A DNA stretch of 64,000 nt from assembly GCA_963764715.1 (NCBI GenBank), contig CAVXTP010000018.1, positions 11,966 to 75,965 of the forward strand, written 5' to 3'. Below are positions 19,226 to 28,906 of the stretch, in pieces. Positions within the stretch are counted from its first letter, which is position 1. Each line of letters opens with the position of its first letter. The position numbers and the translations under genes were made by a program. Origin of the DNA: an uncultured Acidobacteriota bacterium. GTDB lineage: Bacteria > Acidobacteriota > Thermoanaerobaculia > UBA5066 > Gp7-AA6. The notes beneath the pieces are model-generated. The model worked only from the letters and a program-made list of their open reading frames with translations, was not told the DNA's origin and ran no database searches.

Positions 19226-19939
19226 ATGAGCATGATCTTTCGTGATCGCCGTCAGGCGGGCCGCGTGCTCGGCGAGGCGCTGGCGCATTACGCCGGACGG
19301 TCCGGCGTGATCGTCCTGGCCCTTCCGCGGGGAGGCGTGCCCGTCGGCTTCGAGGTCGCGCGGGCGATCGGCGCGCCGCTCGACGTCTTTCTGGTGCGCA
19401 AGCTCGGATTTCCGGGCAACGAGGAGTTCGCCATGGGCGCGATCGCGTCCGGCGGCGTCCGCGTGCTCGACGAGGCCCTGCTCCGTCGCGTCGGGATCTC
19501 GCCCGCCGCGGTCGAGCGGGTCGTTCAACAGGAGGAACGGGAGCTGCGCCGCCGCGAGTACGCCTACCGCGGCAAGGTCCCTCCGGCCGAGCTCGCCGGG
19601 CGGACGGTCATCCTCGTCGACGACGGGCTGGCGACGGGATCCTCGATGCGTGCGGCCGTGAAGGCCGCGCGCCAGCGCGGGGCGCGCCGCATCGTCGTGG
19701 CGACGCCCGTGGGCCCGGCCGACACGGTCCGCGAGCTCGCGCGGCTCGCCGACGAGGTCGTCTGCCCCTCGACGCCGGAACCCTTCCTCGCCGTCGGGCG
19801 TTTCTACCAGAACTTCGACCAGACCGAGGACGCCGAAGTCGTCGAGCTGCTGGAAGAGTCCCGCGCCGGGGAACCGAAGCCGGCCGATCCGCCGCCCGTG
19901 CGTTCCCGAGGGGGCGTGCACGGAGGGACCCATGCGTAA
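19226..19939 (+). CDS. Putative phosphoribosyltransferase
   Basis: FRDRRQAG, LALPRGGVPV, PRPP loop VILVDDGLATGSS. Confidence 0.9.
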   Translation: MSMIFRDRRQAGRVLGEALAHYAGRSGVIVLALPRGGVPVGFEVARAIGAPLDVFLVRKLGFPGNEEFAMGAIASGGVRVLDEALLRRVGISPAAVERVVQQEERELRRREYAYRGKVPPAELAGRTVILVDDGLATGSSMRAAVKAARQRGARRIVVATPVGPADTVRELARLADEVVCPSTPEPFLAVGRFYQNFDQTEDAEVVELLEESRAGEPKPADPPPVRSRGGVHGGTHA

Positions 19940-20303
19940 CCGGCTGGTCCCGCGGACCGAGTGGTTCCACTTCTTCCAGGAGTTCAGCCGCCGCTACGAG
20001 GGCTGGCTCGTGACGGTCCGCGTCCTGCACCCGAGCTTCGGATCGCAGGTCGAGGCCCGGGACTTGCCGCTCGAAGGCATCGTGTCGGGAGCCGACGCGT
20101 CCGGTCCGATCTCCCTGCACCTCGGCCGGGCGGCCTCCAACGTCGAGCACGAGATCGCGTCGCCCCGCCAGGTCTGGGTCGAGCTCGACGAGGCCGGCGC
20201 CGAGGACGCGCTCGGCGTCGTGTCGGAGGACGGCACGAAGACGATCGTCGAGTTTCGCGTGCCCGCGCTGCCCGAGACGGTCGACGGCCTGGCGCGGCCC
20301 TAG
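19932..20303 (+). CDS. Hypothetical protein (DUF5335-like)
   Basis: EWFHFFQEFSRRYEGWLVTVRVL...GSQVEARDLPLEGI; overlaps the PRTase stop. Confidence 0.7.
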   Translation: MRNRLVPRTEWFHFFQEFSRRYEGWLVTVRVLHPSFGSQVEARDLPLEGIVSGADASGPISLHLGRAASNVEHEIASPRQVWVELDEAGAEDALGVVSEDGTKTIVEFRVPALPETVDGLARP

Positions 20304-20381
20304 AAGTCAGAAGAGCGGGCCCGGCCTCGCTCCGGGGAGCGGCGCCGCGGCCGCTGGTATCGTGGCGCCGGAGGTGCCGCC

Positions 20382-21377
20382 ATGAGCCGCCTGCGTGCCA
20401 CTCTCGCCGCGCTTGCCCTGGTGCCGGTCGCGCTGACCGCCGACGACGGGTCCGCCCCCGTCCCGCTTCGCCCGGTCCACACGTACTCGATCGTCGCGCG
20501 CGACCCGGCGACGGGCGAGCTCGGCGTGGCCGTCCAGTCGCACGCGTTCTCGGTCGGGTCCGGCGTGTCCTGGGCCGAGGCGGGCGTGGGCGCGGTCGCG
20601 ACGCAGTCGTTCATCGACCCGAGCTACGGGCCGCTCGGACTCGCGTTGATGCGCGCGGGGCGGAGCGCTCCCGACGCCCTCAAGGGGCTCCTCGCGGCCG
20701 ACGACGGACGCGACGTGCGGCAGGTGGCGATGATCGACGCCTCCGGCCGCGTCGCGGCCCACACCGGCGGCAAGTGCATCCCGGCCGCCGGCGACCACGT
20801 CGGCGAGAACTACTCCGTCCAGGCGAACCTGATGGACAAGGACACCGTGTGGCCCGCGATGGCGAAGGCGTTCGAGACGACGCGCGGCGACCTCGCCGAT
20901 CGGATGCTCGCCGCCCTCGACGCCGCGCAGGCGGCGGGAGGCGACATCCGCGGCATGCAGTCGGCCGCGATCCTCGTCGTCAAGGGCGTCTCGAGCGGGC
21001 GGCCGTGGCAGGACAAGATCTTCGACCTGCGCGTCGATGACCATCCGTCGCCGGTCGTGGAGCTCCGGCGCCTCGTAACACTTCAACGCGCCAACAACCT
21101 CGCGAGCGAGGGGGACCGCGCGCTGGAGAAGAAGGACGACGCCGCGGCGATGAAGGCCTACGGCGCAGCCGAGGCTCTCATGCCCGACGATGCCGAGATG
21201 GCGTACTGGCACGCCGTCGCCCTCGTGGGCGCGGGGCGGGTGGACGAGTCGCTTCCCGTCTTCGCGAAGGCTTACCGTCTCTACCCGAGGTGGCGCGAGA
21301 TGGCGCCGCGCCTCGCGAAGGTGGGGCTCCTTCCGGACGATCCGAAGGTCATCGCCCGGATCGTCGCCGCGAAGTAG
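20382..21377 (+). CDS. DUF1028 (Ntn-hydrolase-like) protein with signal peptide and C-terminal TPR
   Basis: TYSIVARDPATGELGVAVQS, GVGAVATQS, GGDIRGMQSAA, DLRVDDH. Confidence 0.88.
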   Translation: MSRLRATLAALALVPVALTADDGSAPVPLRPVHTYSIVARDPATGELGVAVQSHAFSVGSGVSWAEAGVGAVATQSFIDPSYGPLGLALMRAGRSAPDALKGLLAADDGRDVRQVAMIDASGRVAAHTGGKCIPAAGDHVGENYSVQANLMDKDTVWPAMAKAFETTRGDLADRMLAALDAAQAAGGDIRGMQSAAILVVKGVSSGRPWQDKIFDLRVDDHPSPVVELRRLVTLQRANNLASEGDRALEKKDDAAAMKAYGAAEALMPDDAEMAYWHAVALVGAGRVDESLPVFAKAYRLYPRWREMAPRLAKVGLLPDDPKVIARIVAAK

Positions 21378-21407
21378 CGGGAGGCGGCGGGGACGGCTTC
21401 CCTTCCG

Positions 21408-21570
21408 ATTCCGCCGGTGCTCGCATCCCGGTTCGGAGGCGTCGCGGATTCCGCAATGCGGTCGTCCACGGCTAGCTCGAGGTCGATCCCCGAATCGTCC
21501 ATCGGCTCCTGGACGAGAACCCCGAGAATTTCGCCGAATTCGCAAAGGACATCGAGCGCCATCTCGAGAG
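21408..21570 (+). pseudogene. Remnant of a HepT/DUF86 (HEPN) toxin gene
   Basis: IPPVLASRF.. then frameshift to GFRNAVVHG*LEVDPRIVHRLLDENPENFAEF; RxxxxH motif; TAG at the usual Tyr position. Confidence 0.6.
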
Positions 21571-21638
21571 GACGGATCGCGGAAGCGCGGCGGTGCCCAG
21601 CGACTTGGACGAACGTCGTCCGGCCGGGCGATACGCCC

Positions 21639-21654
21639 TGATGAGATCGCATCA
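21639..21654. promoter_or_regulatory. Operator copy TGATGAGATCGCATCA upstream of ferredoxin
   Basis: Motif match about 50 bp upstream of the ATG. Confidence 0.72.
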
Positions 21655-21703
21655 TGGCTGGGCCGCGCCCGCCTGTCAGGCTCTCGTCGGAGGACTGAGA
21701 GCT

Positions 21704-21955
21704 ATGGCCATGGTGATTCGCGAGGATTGCATCAACTGCGGCAGCTGCGAGCCGGCTTGCCCGAACGAGGCGATTTCGGCCGGCGACACGGTGTACCTGA
21801 TCGATCGCGAGCGGTGCACGGAGTGCGTCGGCGCCTTCGACCATCCCCAGTGCGTCGATGCTTGTCCCATCGAGGGATGCATCGCGACCGACGCGGATCA
21901 CCTGGAGTCGAAGGAGACTCTGCTGGCCCGATACCAGCAGCTGCACCCGAACTGA
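21704..21955 (+). CDS. 2x[4Fe-4S] ferredoxin (YfhL-like)
   Basis: CINCGSCEPACP and CTECVG...CVDACP. Confidence 0.93.
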   Translation: MAMVIREDCINCGSCEPACPNEAISAGDTVYLIDRERCTECVGAFDHPQCVDACPIEGCIATDADHLESKETLLARYQQLHPN

Positions 21956-21986
21956 CACCTCGTCGAGCCGGCGCGCTGACCGAAGT

Positions 21987-22163
21987 CCGACGTTCAACGA
22001 CGTGCCGGCTTCGGACGGCGCCTATTCCTTCATCGAGGCGCTCGTCGCGTCCGGCGTCACCGCCGGCTGCGGCAACGGGAACTACTGTCCGGACGCCCCG
22101 CTGACTCGCCGGCAGATGGCCGTGTTCCTCTCGAAGGCGCTCGGCCTCCACTGGCAGAACTGA
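21987..22163 (+). pseudogene. Orphan C-terminal SLH-domain fragment
   Basis: PTFNDVP...FIEALVASGVTAGCGNGNYCPDAPLTRRQMAVFLSKALGL; no credible start or N-terminal region. Confidence 0.7.
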
Positions 22164-22205
22164 GGCTGGCGGCACGTCCGAGAAGAGAACGGGAAGAACT
22201 GAAAG

Positions 22206-22231
22206 TGGTGGAGGCGGCGGGAGTCGAACCC
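22206..22231 (-). repeat. att site: 26-bp duplication of the tmRNA 3' end (1 mismatch)
   Basis: TGGTGGAGGCGGCGGGAGTCGAACCC compared with 37114-37139. Confidence 0.92.
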
Positions 22232-22359
22232 ATGGAATTCCCGTCAATTCCCGAGTGATTTCGACGCGCTCCCCGGACTCGTTCGTGTCGTCGTCCGCGT
22301 TGCCGGCCTTCGCGCGCTCGTGAGGGCCTCGTCGCCGACGAGAGAAGGCAGCCCCTGAA

Positions 22360-23202
22360 TCACTCCGGGCGCGGCACGGGCTCGAATTCGTACAGCGATG
22401 CGGCCAGACGCTTCAGCCCGCGATCTCGCGCAATGAGGTCGAGGTGGAGTGAGGTCCAGTCCGATAGCAACAACGTCTCGTTGCCGTGCCCGTCGTATGT
22501 CTTGAGGTAGCCCCCGCACGAATCGCACGAGTCGATGCGAAGGCCGCCGTCTCCCTCGACGGTGAGGGCCGCGAGGCGCTGAGTATCGCCTTCACAGAAC
22601 GGGCACGCGGTGCGCCGGAACTGCCAGCGGCTGCCGCAGCAGCCGCACGCCAGGAGCCGCTTGCGTCCCGGATCGGCGCCGACCAGCTGGGCCATGGCGG
22701 GAGCCGATCCGCACACCGGGCAGTAGGGGCGAAGCCACTTTTCGTCGTCGCGCCAGGCCTCGAACGCGGTCACGAGCGGCGCCAGGTACCGCGCGGCGGC
22801 CGTCCAGCCCAGGTAGCGCAGCAGCCCCGGCGACGGCGGCGCGAAGGACTCGTCGCCGAGCAGCCAGTCCCCGATCCGCCGCGGGGCCTCGGGCTCGCGG
22901 CGCAGGACGGCGTCCAGGGCGGCGAGGTCCGAGGCGAAGGAGTCCGGGGAAGGCTCCGATGCCAGCTTCGCGACGAGCGCCACGGCCGCCGTCCCCGCCG
23001 GCTCGAGGTCGACCGCGGCATCGGAGCCGCGCAGGAGCGGCACGCCGGCGAGAAAGTCGTTGCGGTAGTCGCCCCAGCACGGCACCGGTGCGCCGGCGGA
23101 CGCGATCCCCGCCGCAGCGCGGTCGACTCGTGCGCAGAAGCCCGCGACCGCCCGCAGGTACGCGTGAGCCTCCAGCCAGCCGTCCCGGGTCCAGTGGCTC
23201 AA
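22360..23202 (-). CDS. fdhE: Formate dehydrogenase accessory protein FdhE
   Basis: CPVCGS, CGCCG..W...R..CPFC, RIDSCDSCGGYLK; TTG overlaps the upstream stop. Confidence 0.88.
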   Translation of the reverse strand: MSHWTRDGWLEAHAYLRAVAGFCARVDRAAAGIASAGAPVPCWGDYRNDFLAGVPLLRGSDAAVDLEPAGTAAVALVAKLASEPSPDSFASDLAALDAVLRREPEAPRRIGDWLLGDESFAPPSPGLLRYLGWTAAARYLAPLVTAFEAWRDDEKWLRPYCPVCGSAPAMAQLVGADPGRKRLLACGCCGSRWQFRRTACPFCEGDTQRLAALTVEGDGGLRIDSCDSCGGYLKTYDGHGNETLLLSDWTSLHLDLIARDRGLKRLAASLYEFEPVPRPE

Positions 23203-25394
23203 TGTCCCTCGCTGGGCTCCGCCCGGGAGAGAACCGGCATGAGCCGGGCCGCCAGGCCGAAGAGAAAGATCGTCGCGGCGATCAAGCCGATCGAAACGCC
23301 CCACTCGAAGATCGACGGCACGTAGGCCCGGGGCGCGACCCAGGGCATCCGGCCGTGGAAGGTCATCGCGAAGAGGACGACGTTCATGCGGTTGTACACG
23401 ACGCCGAGGACCGCGAGCAGGGCCGCGACGAAGAGCGCGTCGGGGCGCTCGCGGAGCGACCGGCGGGCCAGCATGAGGAGCGGGAGAACGCCGCCGAGGA
23501 GGATCTCGGCCGCGAAGGCCGGGCCCAGCCGCCCGGAGAAGGCGCTCGCGAGCTGGTTTCGAATTGCCATGTCCCCGAGGCGAAACACGAGGTAGACGAG
23601 GAGCGCCCAGAACGCGATCTGTCCGACCGCGGCGAGCCGCGTCATCTCGAGCGGGCGGCGCCACCCCTTCGCAATCCCCATGTCGATGAGGATCACGAGC
23701 GCGGTTCCGGCCACGATCGACGACAGGAAGAAGGAGACGGGCATCACGGGGGACCACCACTGCGGGGCGAGCAGGTTCGGCATCAGCAGGTACAGGGAGC
23801 CGAGCGAGCTCTGGTGCATCGTCGACAGCGTGACGGCGGCGATCGCGAGCATGATCGGCTCGGCCCGGTCGTCCCGCGCGCGAAAGAACCAGGCGAGGGC
23901 GCCGAAGATCACCGCCGTCGCAAGGGTGTAGAGGAGGTTGCGCGAAAGCATGTAGACGAACAGCGTCACCGCCGCCGCCACGTAGGCGCCGTTCCACCGC
24001 CGCCAGGCCGCCGCCGCCCGCTGGAATCCCCAGCGCTCGAAGGGAACGGGGAGGAACTCGAGCAGGAGGATCGTAACGTAGAGGCCGACGCACCACGAGA
24101 CCTCGAACATGGCCGAGTGCTCCGGAGCCTGCAGGCCGAGCTGGTAGAAGTGCCAGGGCAGGCCGAGGTCGGCGACGAGCGTGACCGTCACGAAGGAATA
24201 GCTCAGGAGGCCCATCAGGACGGCCGTGCGGCCCAGCCCGTAAAGGTCCTTTCGCTGGAGGACGTAGATCACGCCGGCCATCGCGAACGCGCCCGCGGCC
24301 ACCGCGATCCACACCAGGTCGAAGAGGATCCACAGGCCCCACGGGTAGGTGTCGGAGAGGTGCGTGCTGCCGCCGAGCCCGAGGGCGAAGCGCGCCACCA
24401 TCGAGACGCCGCAGAACGCCATGAGCAGGAGGAGGACCCAGTTGAAGGGGGTCATCAGCTCGTTCCGGAGAGGCTCGAATTCGACGTGGCCGTGGTCTCC
24501 GGAATGCTTCGACGCAGCCGATCCGTCCGCCGCCGCCTGAACCCGCTTCCGGAAGAAGGCGTACGCGGCGCCGAGCAGGGCGCCGACGGCCATCACGGCG
24601 GGGGGAACGGCGCCGAGCGCCGCCCTGGTGAAGGCCGGAAAGGGCTTCTCCCCGAACGTCGGGAAGCCGAGCTTCTCGAACGGCACGGTCGACAGGTACA
24701 CGACGCTCGTCCCGCCCAGCTCCTTCTCTCCGTAGACGTGATCGACGTATTTGTCGGGCCGGTCGGAGATCCGCTTGTGCGCGAGCGCCAGCATCTCGTC
24801 GCGGGTTCCGTAGCGCAGGGCGTCGGCGGGGCACGCCTTGACGCAGGCGGGAGTCGCGATGGTATCGAGGAAGCGCTTCGTCTCGTCGGGAGGGGCCGGC
24901 TGACCGTTGAACGCGATCGGCGCCGGCTGCGGGGCCCGGTCCGCGCAGTGCGTGCACTTCTCGATCTTCGGAGCGAGCCTGTCCCACTCCGCGGTCGGCA
25001 CGTCCCAGGGACACGCCAGCATGCAGTAGCGGCAGCCGATGCACTTGTCCGCGTCGTAGGAAACGGGCCCGTCGGGTTGCCGGTAGAGCGCCGTCGTCGG
25101 ACAGGCGGAGACGCAGCCCGGCTCCAGGCAGTGGAAGCACCGCCGCATCACGAAGGCGGAATCCAGGCCTCCCGGCTTCTGCGGGTTCTCCATCTCGTGA
25201 AACGAGATCAGGGTGTACGTTTTCGCGCTGAGCGTCGCCGGGTTCTGGAAGCCCAGTTGGGCCTGCAGCTCCGTCTCCTCGCCCTCGCGCTCGTTCCACT
25301 GCTTGCAGGCCACCTGGCACGCCCGGCAGCCGATGCAGTTGGCGATGTCGATCAGCGTCGTCCGGATCGGGCCGGCGGCCGCGGCGTGCGTCAC
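23199..25394 (-). CDS. Fused FdnH/HybA-like Fe-S subunit + NrfD/HybB-like membrane anchor
   Basis: CIGCRACQVAC, CFHCLEPGCVSACP, CIGCRYCMLACP, KCTHC...CVKACP, then PWGLWI, SAMFEVSWC, STMHQSSLG; GTGA overlap with the fdnG stop. Confidence 0.88.
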   Translation of the reverse strand: MTHAAAAGPIRTTLIDIANCIGCRACQVACKQWNEREGEETELQAQLGFQNPATLSAKTYTLISFHEMENPQKPGGLDSAFVMRRCFHCLEPGCVSACPTTALYRQPDGPVSYDADKCIGCRYCMLACPWDVPTAEWDRLAPKIEKCTHCADRAPQPAPIAFNGQPAPPDETKRFLDTIATPACVKACPADALRYGTRDEMLALAHKRISDRPDKYVDHVYGEKELGGTSVVYLSTVPFEKLGFPTFGEKPFPAFTRAALGAVPPAVMAVGALLGAAYAFFRKRVQAAADGSAASKHSGDHGHVEFEPLRNELMTPFNWVLLLLMAFCGVSMVARFALGLGGSTHLSDTYPWGLWILFDLVWIAVAAGAFAMAGVIYVLQRKDLYGLGRTAVLMGLLSYSFVTVTLVADLGLPWHFYQLGLQAPEHSAMFEVSWCVGLYVTILLLEFLPVPFERWGFQRAAAAWRRWNGAYVAAAVTLFVYMLSRNLLYTLATAVIFGALAWFFRARDDRAEPIMLAIAAVTLSTMHQSSLGSLYLLMPNLLAPQWWSPVMPVSFFLSSIVAGTALVILIDMGIAKGWRRPLEMTRLAAVGQIAFWALLVYLVFRLGDMAIRNQLASAFSGRLGPAFAAEILLGGVLPLLMLARRSLRERPDALFVAALLAVLGVVYNRMNVVLFAMTFHGRMPWVAPRAYVPSIFEWGVSIGLIAATIFLFGLAARLMPVLSRAEPSEGH

Positions 25395-28300
25395 GTGCGC
25401 CTCCCCGGGGGCCGGGATCTTTTCGCCGCCGGGCGCTCGGCCTTGACCACGTTGACGAGGCACGCCTTGGTCTCCTGGGTCCCCGCGCCGGGATCCGTGG
25501 CGTCGATCGTGAGGTGGTTGACGCTGGGACCGGTCGACAAACCCTGGAAGCCGAAGTTGTACGGCATCCAGACGATCGTGACTTCGCGGTCGCCGATCTT
25601 CAGCGCCTTCATGCGCGGCGTGACGAGGGCCTTGACCTCGAGCTCACCGCGCGCCGACGAGACCCGGACCCAGTCCCCCGATTTCACGCCGAGCTTCTGG
25701 GCGAGGGCGAGCGGCATCTCCACCACCGGTTCGGGGACGAGCTCGTTCAGCCAGGGGATGTTCCGCGTCGTCGAGCCGCCGCACCAGTGTTCGGCGACCG
25801 TCGACGTCATCAGCACATAGGGGTACTTGTCGGCGGTGCCGATCGGCTGATGCGTTGCGACGCGCGGGTACTTCAGCATCGGGTTGCTCTTCACGCCCGG
25901 ATGCAGGACGTTTTCCACCGGGCTCTCGACGGGCTCGTACATCTCCGGCAGCGGGCCGTCCTTCGGCACGTAGGCCACGTCGCGCGGATACCCCGGATGC
26001 TTCTCGTCCGGGTCCGAGTAGACGGCCGCGAAGAGTCGCCCGACGCCCTCCGCGCCCAGGTGGAAGGGGCGCTTGCCATTCGGCGTGTCCGGCCCGTCGG
26101 TCAGGACGGGGACGTCCGGAACGTCGTATCCCGTCCAGCGCTTCGCCTGCTCGTCCCACCAGACGATAGGTTTCGAGCCCGGATAGGGCTTGCCGTTCCG
26201 GTCGCAGGAGGCCCGGTTGTAGAGGATGCGCATGTTGTTGGGCCATGTCCACCCGAAGCCCGGGTAGAGGCCGAGGCCTCCCGGATCCGTTCGCGAGTCG
26301 CGGCGCTTCGAAAGATTCTCGCCGTTGGCGAAGACCCCCGCGTAGATCCAGGCGCCGGACGACGTCGAACCGTCCGCCCGAAGATCGCCGACCTTGCGGA
26401 CGAGATCGCCCGCCTTCAGTCCGGTCTCCGGGTTGTCGCGCAGGGCGTACCCGTTGATCTCGCGTAGCACGTCCTCGGCCGTGGTGTAGGTCCAGAAGGC
26501 CTTCTTGATGCTCTCGTCCCTCGGCTCCGTCGAATCCTTGACCAGATCGCGCACCTTGCGGAAGACGCGGTCCACGATCTCGCCGTCGGGCCGGGCCTGC
26601 CCGGGCGGCTTCACCGCGGCGTGGCGCCACTGCACCATCCCGCCCGAGTTGCTGATGGTGCCGTTCTTTTCCATGAAGAACGCGGCGGGCAGCAGGATCA
26701 CTTCGGTCGCGATGGTCTTCGGGTCGACGCCGGGCCGCCGCCAGAACGCGGCGGTCTCGGTCTCCCAGATCTCCTGGACCACGAGGGTCTCGAGCTTCGC
26801 CATCGCGTCGAACGTCAGCGTGAGGTTGGGCACGGTGACCGCGGGGTTCTGGCCGACGATCCAGAGGACCTTCAGCTTCCCGGCGAGGGCATCCTCGAAC
26901 ATCGGCATCGTCCCGTAGTCCTTGGAGGCGTTCCGTTTGGGCAGCCAGCCATAGGCATAGTCGTTCTCGGCGGTCGCCGCCTCTCCGTAGAACGCCTTGA
27001 GCGTGTTGACGAGGTACCGGCTGTCGGCGATCCCGTTCTTGCGCACGTAGTCGTAGATCGTCGGCTCGGCGCTCGACGGCGAGTTGAGGTAGCCCGGCAT
27101 GTAGTTGTAGAGCACCGCCATGTCGCAGGCGCCCTGCACGTTCGGCTCGCCGCGCAGCGCGTTGACGCCGCCGCCCGGCTTTCCGATGTTGCCGAGCAGG
27201 AGCTGCAGGATCGTGAACGAGCGGATTCCCTGCACGCCGGTCGTGTGCTGGGTCATCCCGAGGGCGTAGAGAATGGATCCCGGCCGGTTCTTCGCCATCA
27301 TCTCCGCGATATGCCGGATCTGGTCGGCCGGAATGCCGGTGATCTGCTCGCCCGTCTCGAGCGTGTACCGCGAAACGAAGGTCTTCAGGCGCGAGAAGAC
27401 GCAGTGCGGGTCATCCAGGCTCCTGGCGACACGCGGCTTGCCCTTCGCGTCGAGCTGGTATCCCCAGCTCCGGGTGTCGTACTTGTGGTGCTCCGCGTCG
27501 TACCCGCTGAAGACGCCATCCTTGAAGTCGAAGGCCTCGTCGCCGAGGTAGAGGGCGTTCGTGTGGTTCACGACGTAATCCTCGTCGTACAGCTCGTGGA
27601 CGAGGATGTGGTTGATCATGGTGTTCTGGAAGGCGGCGTCCGTGCCGGGCCGAATGCGCGCGTACACGTCCGCCCCCGCGGAGGTCCGGGTGAATCGCGG
27701 ATCGACGTGAATGATCTTCGCCCCGTTCTCCTGTGCCTTGCGGATCCACTTGTAGGCCATGGGGTGGTTTTCGGCGACGTTGCTGCCTTCCACCAGGATC
27801 GTCTTGCAGTTCTGCAGGTCGAGCCAGTGGTTGGTCATCGCCCCCCGCCCGAACGAGGCCCCCAGACCGGGGACCGTGGGGCTGTGTCAAAGTCGGGCCT
27901 GGTGCTCGACGTAAGCCAGGCCGAGCAGCCGGGCCGCCTTCTGGAAGAGGTAGCACTCCTCGTTCGTGTTCTGAGCGCCGCCCAGAAAGCCGATCGCGTC
28001 CGTCCGATTGACGGGAACCTCTTTGTCGCCGACCTTCTCGGTGGCGATCCAGGTCGCGTCGCGCGTCTTCCGGATCTTCTGCGCGACCCGCTCGACCGCG
28101 TCGTCCCAGGTGATGTCCTCCCAGTGGTCGCTGCCCGGCGCCCGGTAGCGGGGCGTCTTGAGCCGGCTCGGGGAAGTGTGCGTCGCGAACATGGAAATGC
28201 CTTTGACGCACAGCGATCCGCGGTTCACGATGTGGTCGTAGTCGCCCTCCATCGTCAAGAGCTTGCCGTCGCGGACCGCGGCGATCATGCCGCAGCCGCA

Positions 28301-28531
28301 CGAGCAGAAGTTGCAGGACGTCGTGAACTCGCTCACGTCCGAAAGCTTCAGCTCTCGCACGGCGGCTCTCATCGCGGGCACGTCGATGAACCCGTCGAGC
28401 GCGAGCCCCGCGCCACCGCAGACGGTCAACCGCAACAAGTCGCGGCGGTTGACCGAAGTCGACGCTCGCGGCCGACTCTCGTCTGCCCGAAGAGAGAGGT
28501 CCGGGATCGGAGTCTCCGGAGGTTTATCCAC
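25391..28531 (-). CDS. fdnG: Selenocysteine-containing formate dehydrogenase alpha subunit (Mo/W-bisPGD), Tat-exported
   Basis: RRDLL Tat motif; CNFCSCGC Fe-S motif; HQARL-[TGA 27887-27889]-HSPTVPGLGASFGRGAMTNHW; ALRGEPNVQG; joins two ORF-track ORFs in frame. Confidence 0.93.
27857..27875 (-). other. SECIS-like hairpin GGTCCCCGGTCTGGGGGCC
   Basis: Stem-loop starting 12 nt after the in-frame UGA, with G in the apical loop. Confidence 0.75.
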
Positions 28532-28572
28532 GAGGTTGCCTCCGTGCGATTGCCTGCGCTCCGGCCAGCATC

Positions 28573-28591
28573 GATTGCGACATTCGCAATC
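28573..28591. promoter_or_regulatory. Palindrome GATTGCGA-CAT-TCGCAATC upstream of fdnG
   Basis: Perfect 8-bp arms about 40 bp upstream of the start codon. Confidence 0.5.
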
Positions 28592-28906
28592 CCTCCCTCG
28601 CTACGCGCAATCCAGAAGGCGGCTCCGGATCGGAGCCGACGGCAACGAAACCAGTTTACCGTACGGCCATTGTCGGGTGGCAGGTTCCGTGAATGCTGCG
28701 GCCGGGCGCCGGACCCTGAGAGCGAGGTGGGCAGTTCTCTCCGGACCGGGCGACGAAGGAGATCCCGATGGAGGAGGCCCGCACGCCTCCCGCACCCGCT
28801 GACCCGCTAAGCGATCGTCCGGTGTTGGAATCCTGGCGCTCCGAAAGCCGCAGCGCCGTGATGCCTTTGGCGCCGCACCGGAGGGCCTTGCGCAACGACC
28901 TCGACT

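Noticed and set aside
21473-21475. In-frame TAG as pyrrolysine or read-through
   Set aside because: Accompanied by a frameshift and loss of the 5' part, so simple decay is more likely
27887-27889. Stop codon splitting fdnG, suggesting a pseudogene
   Set aside because: TGA is at the catalytic Sec position, with a SECIS-like hairpin and selB present
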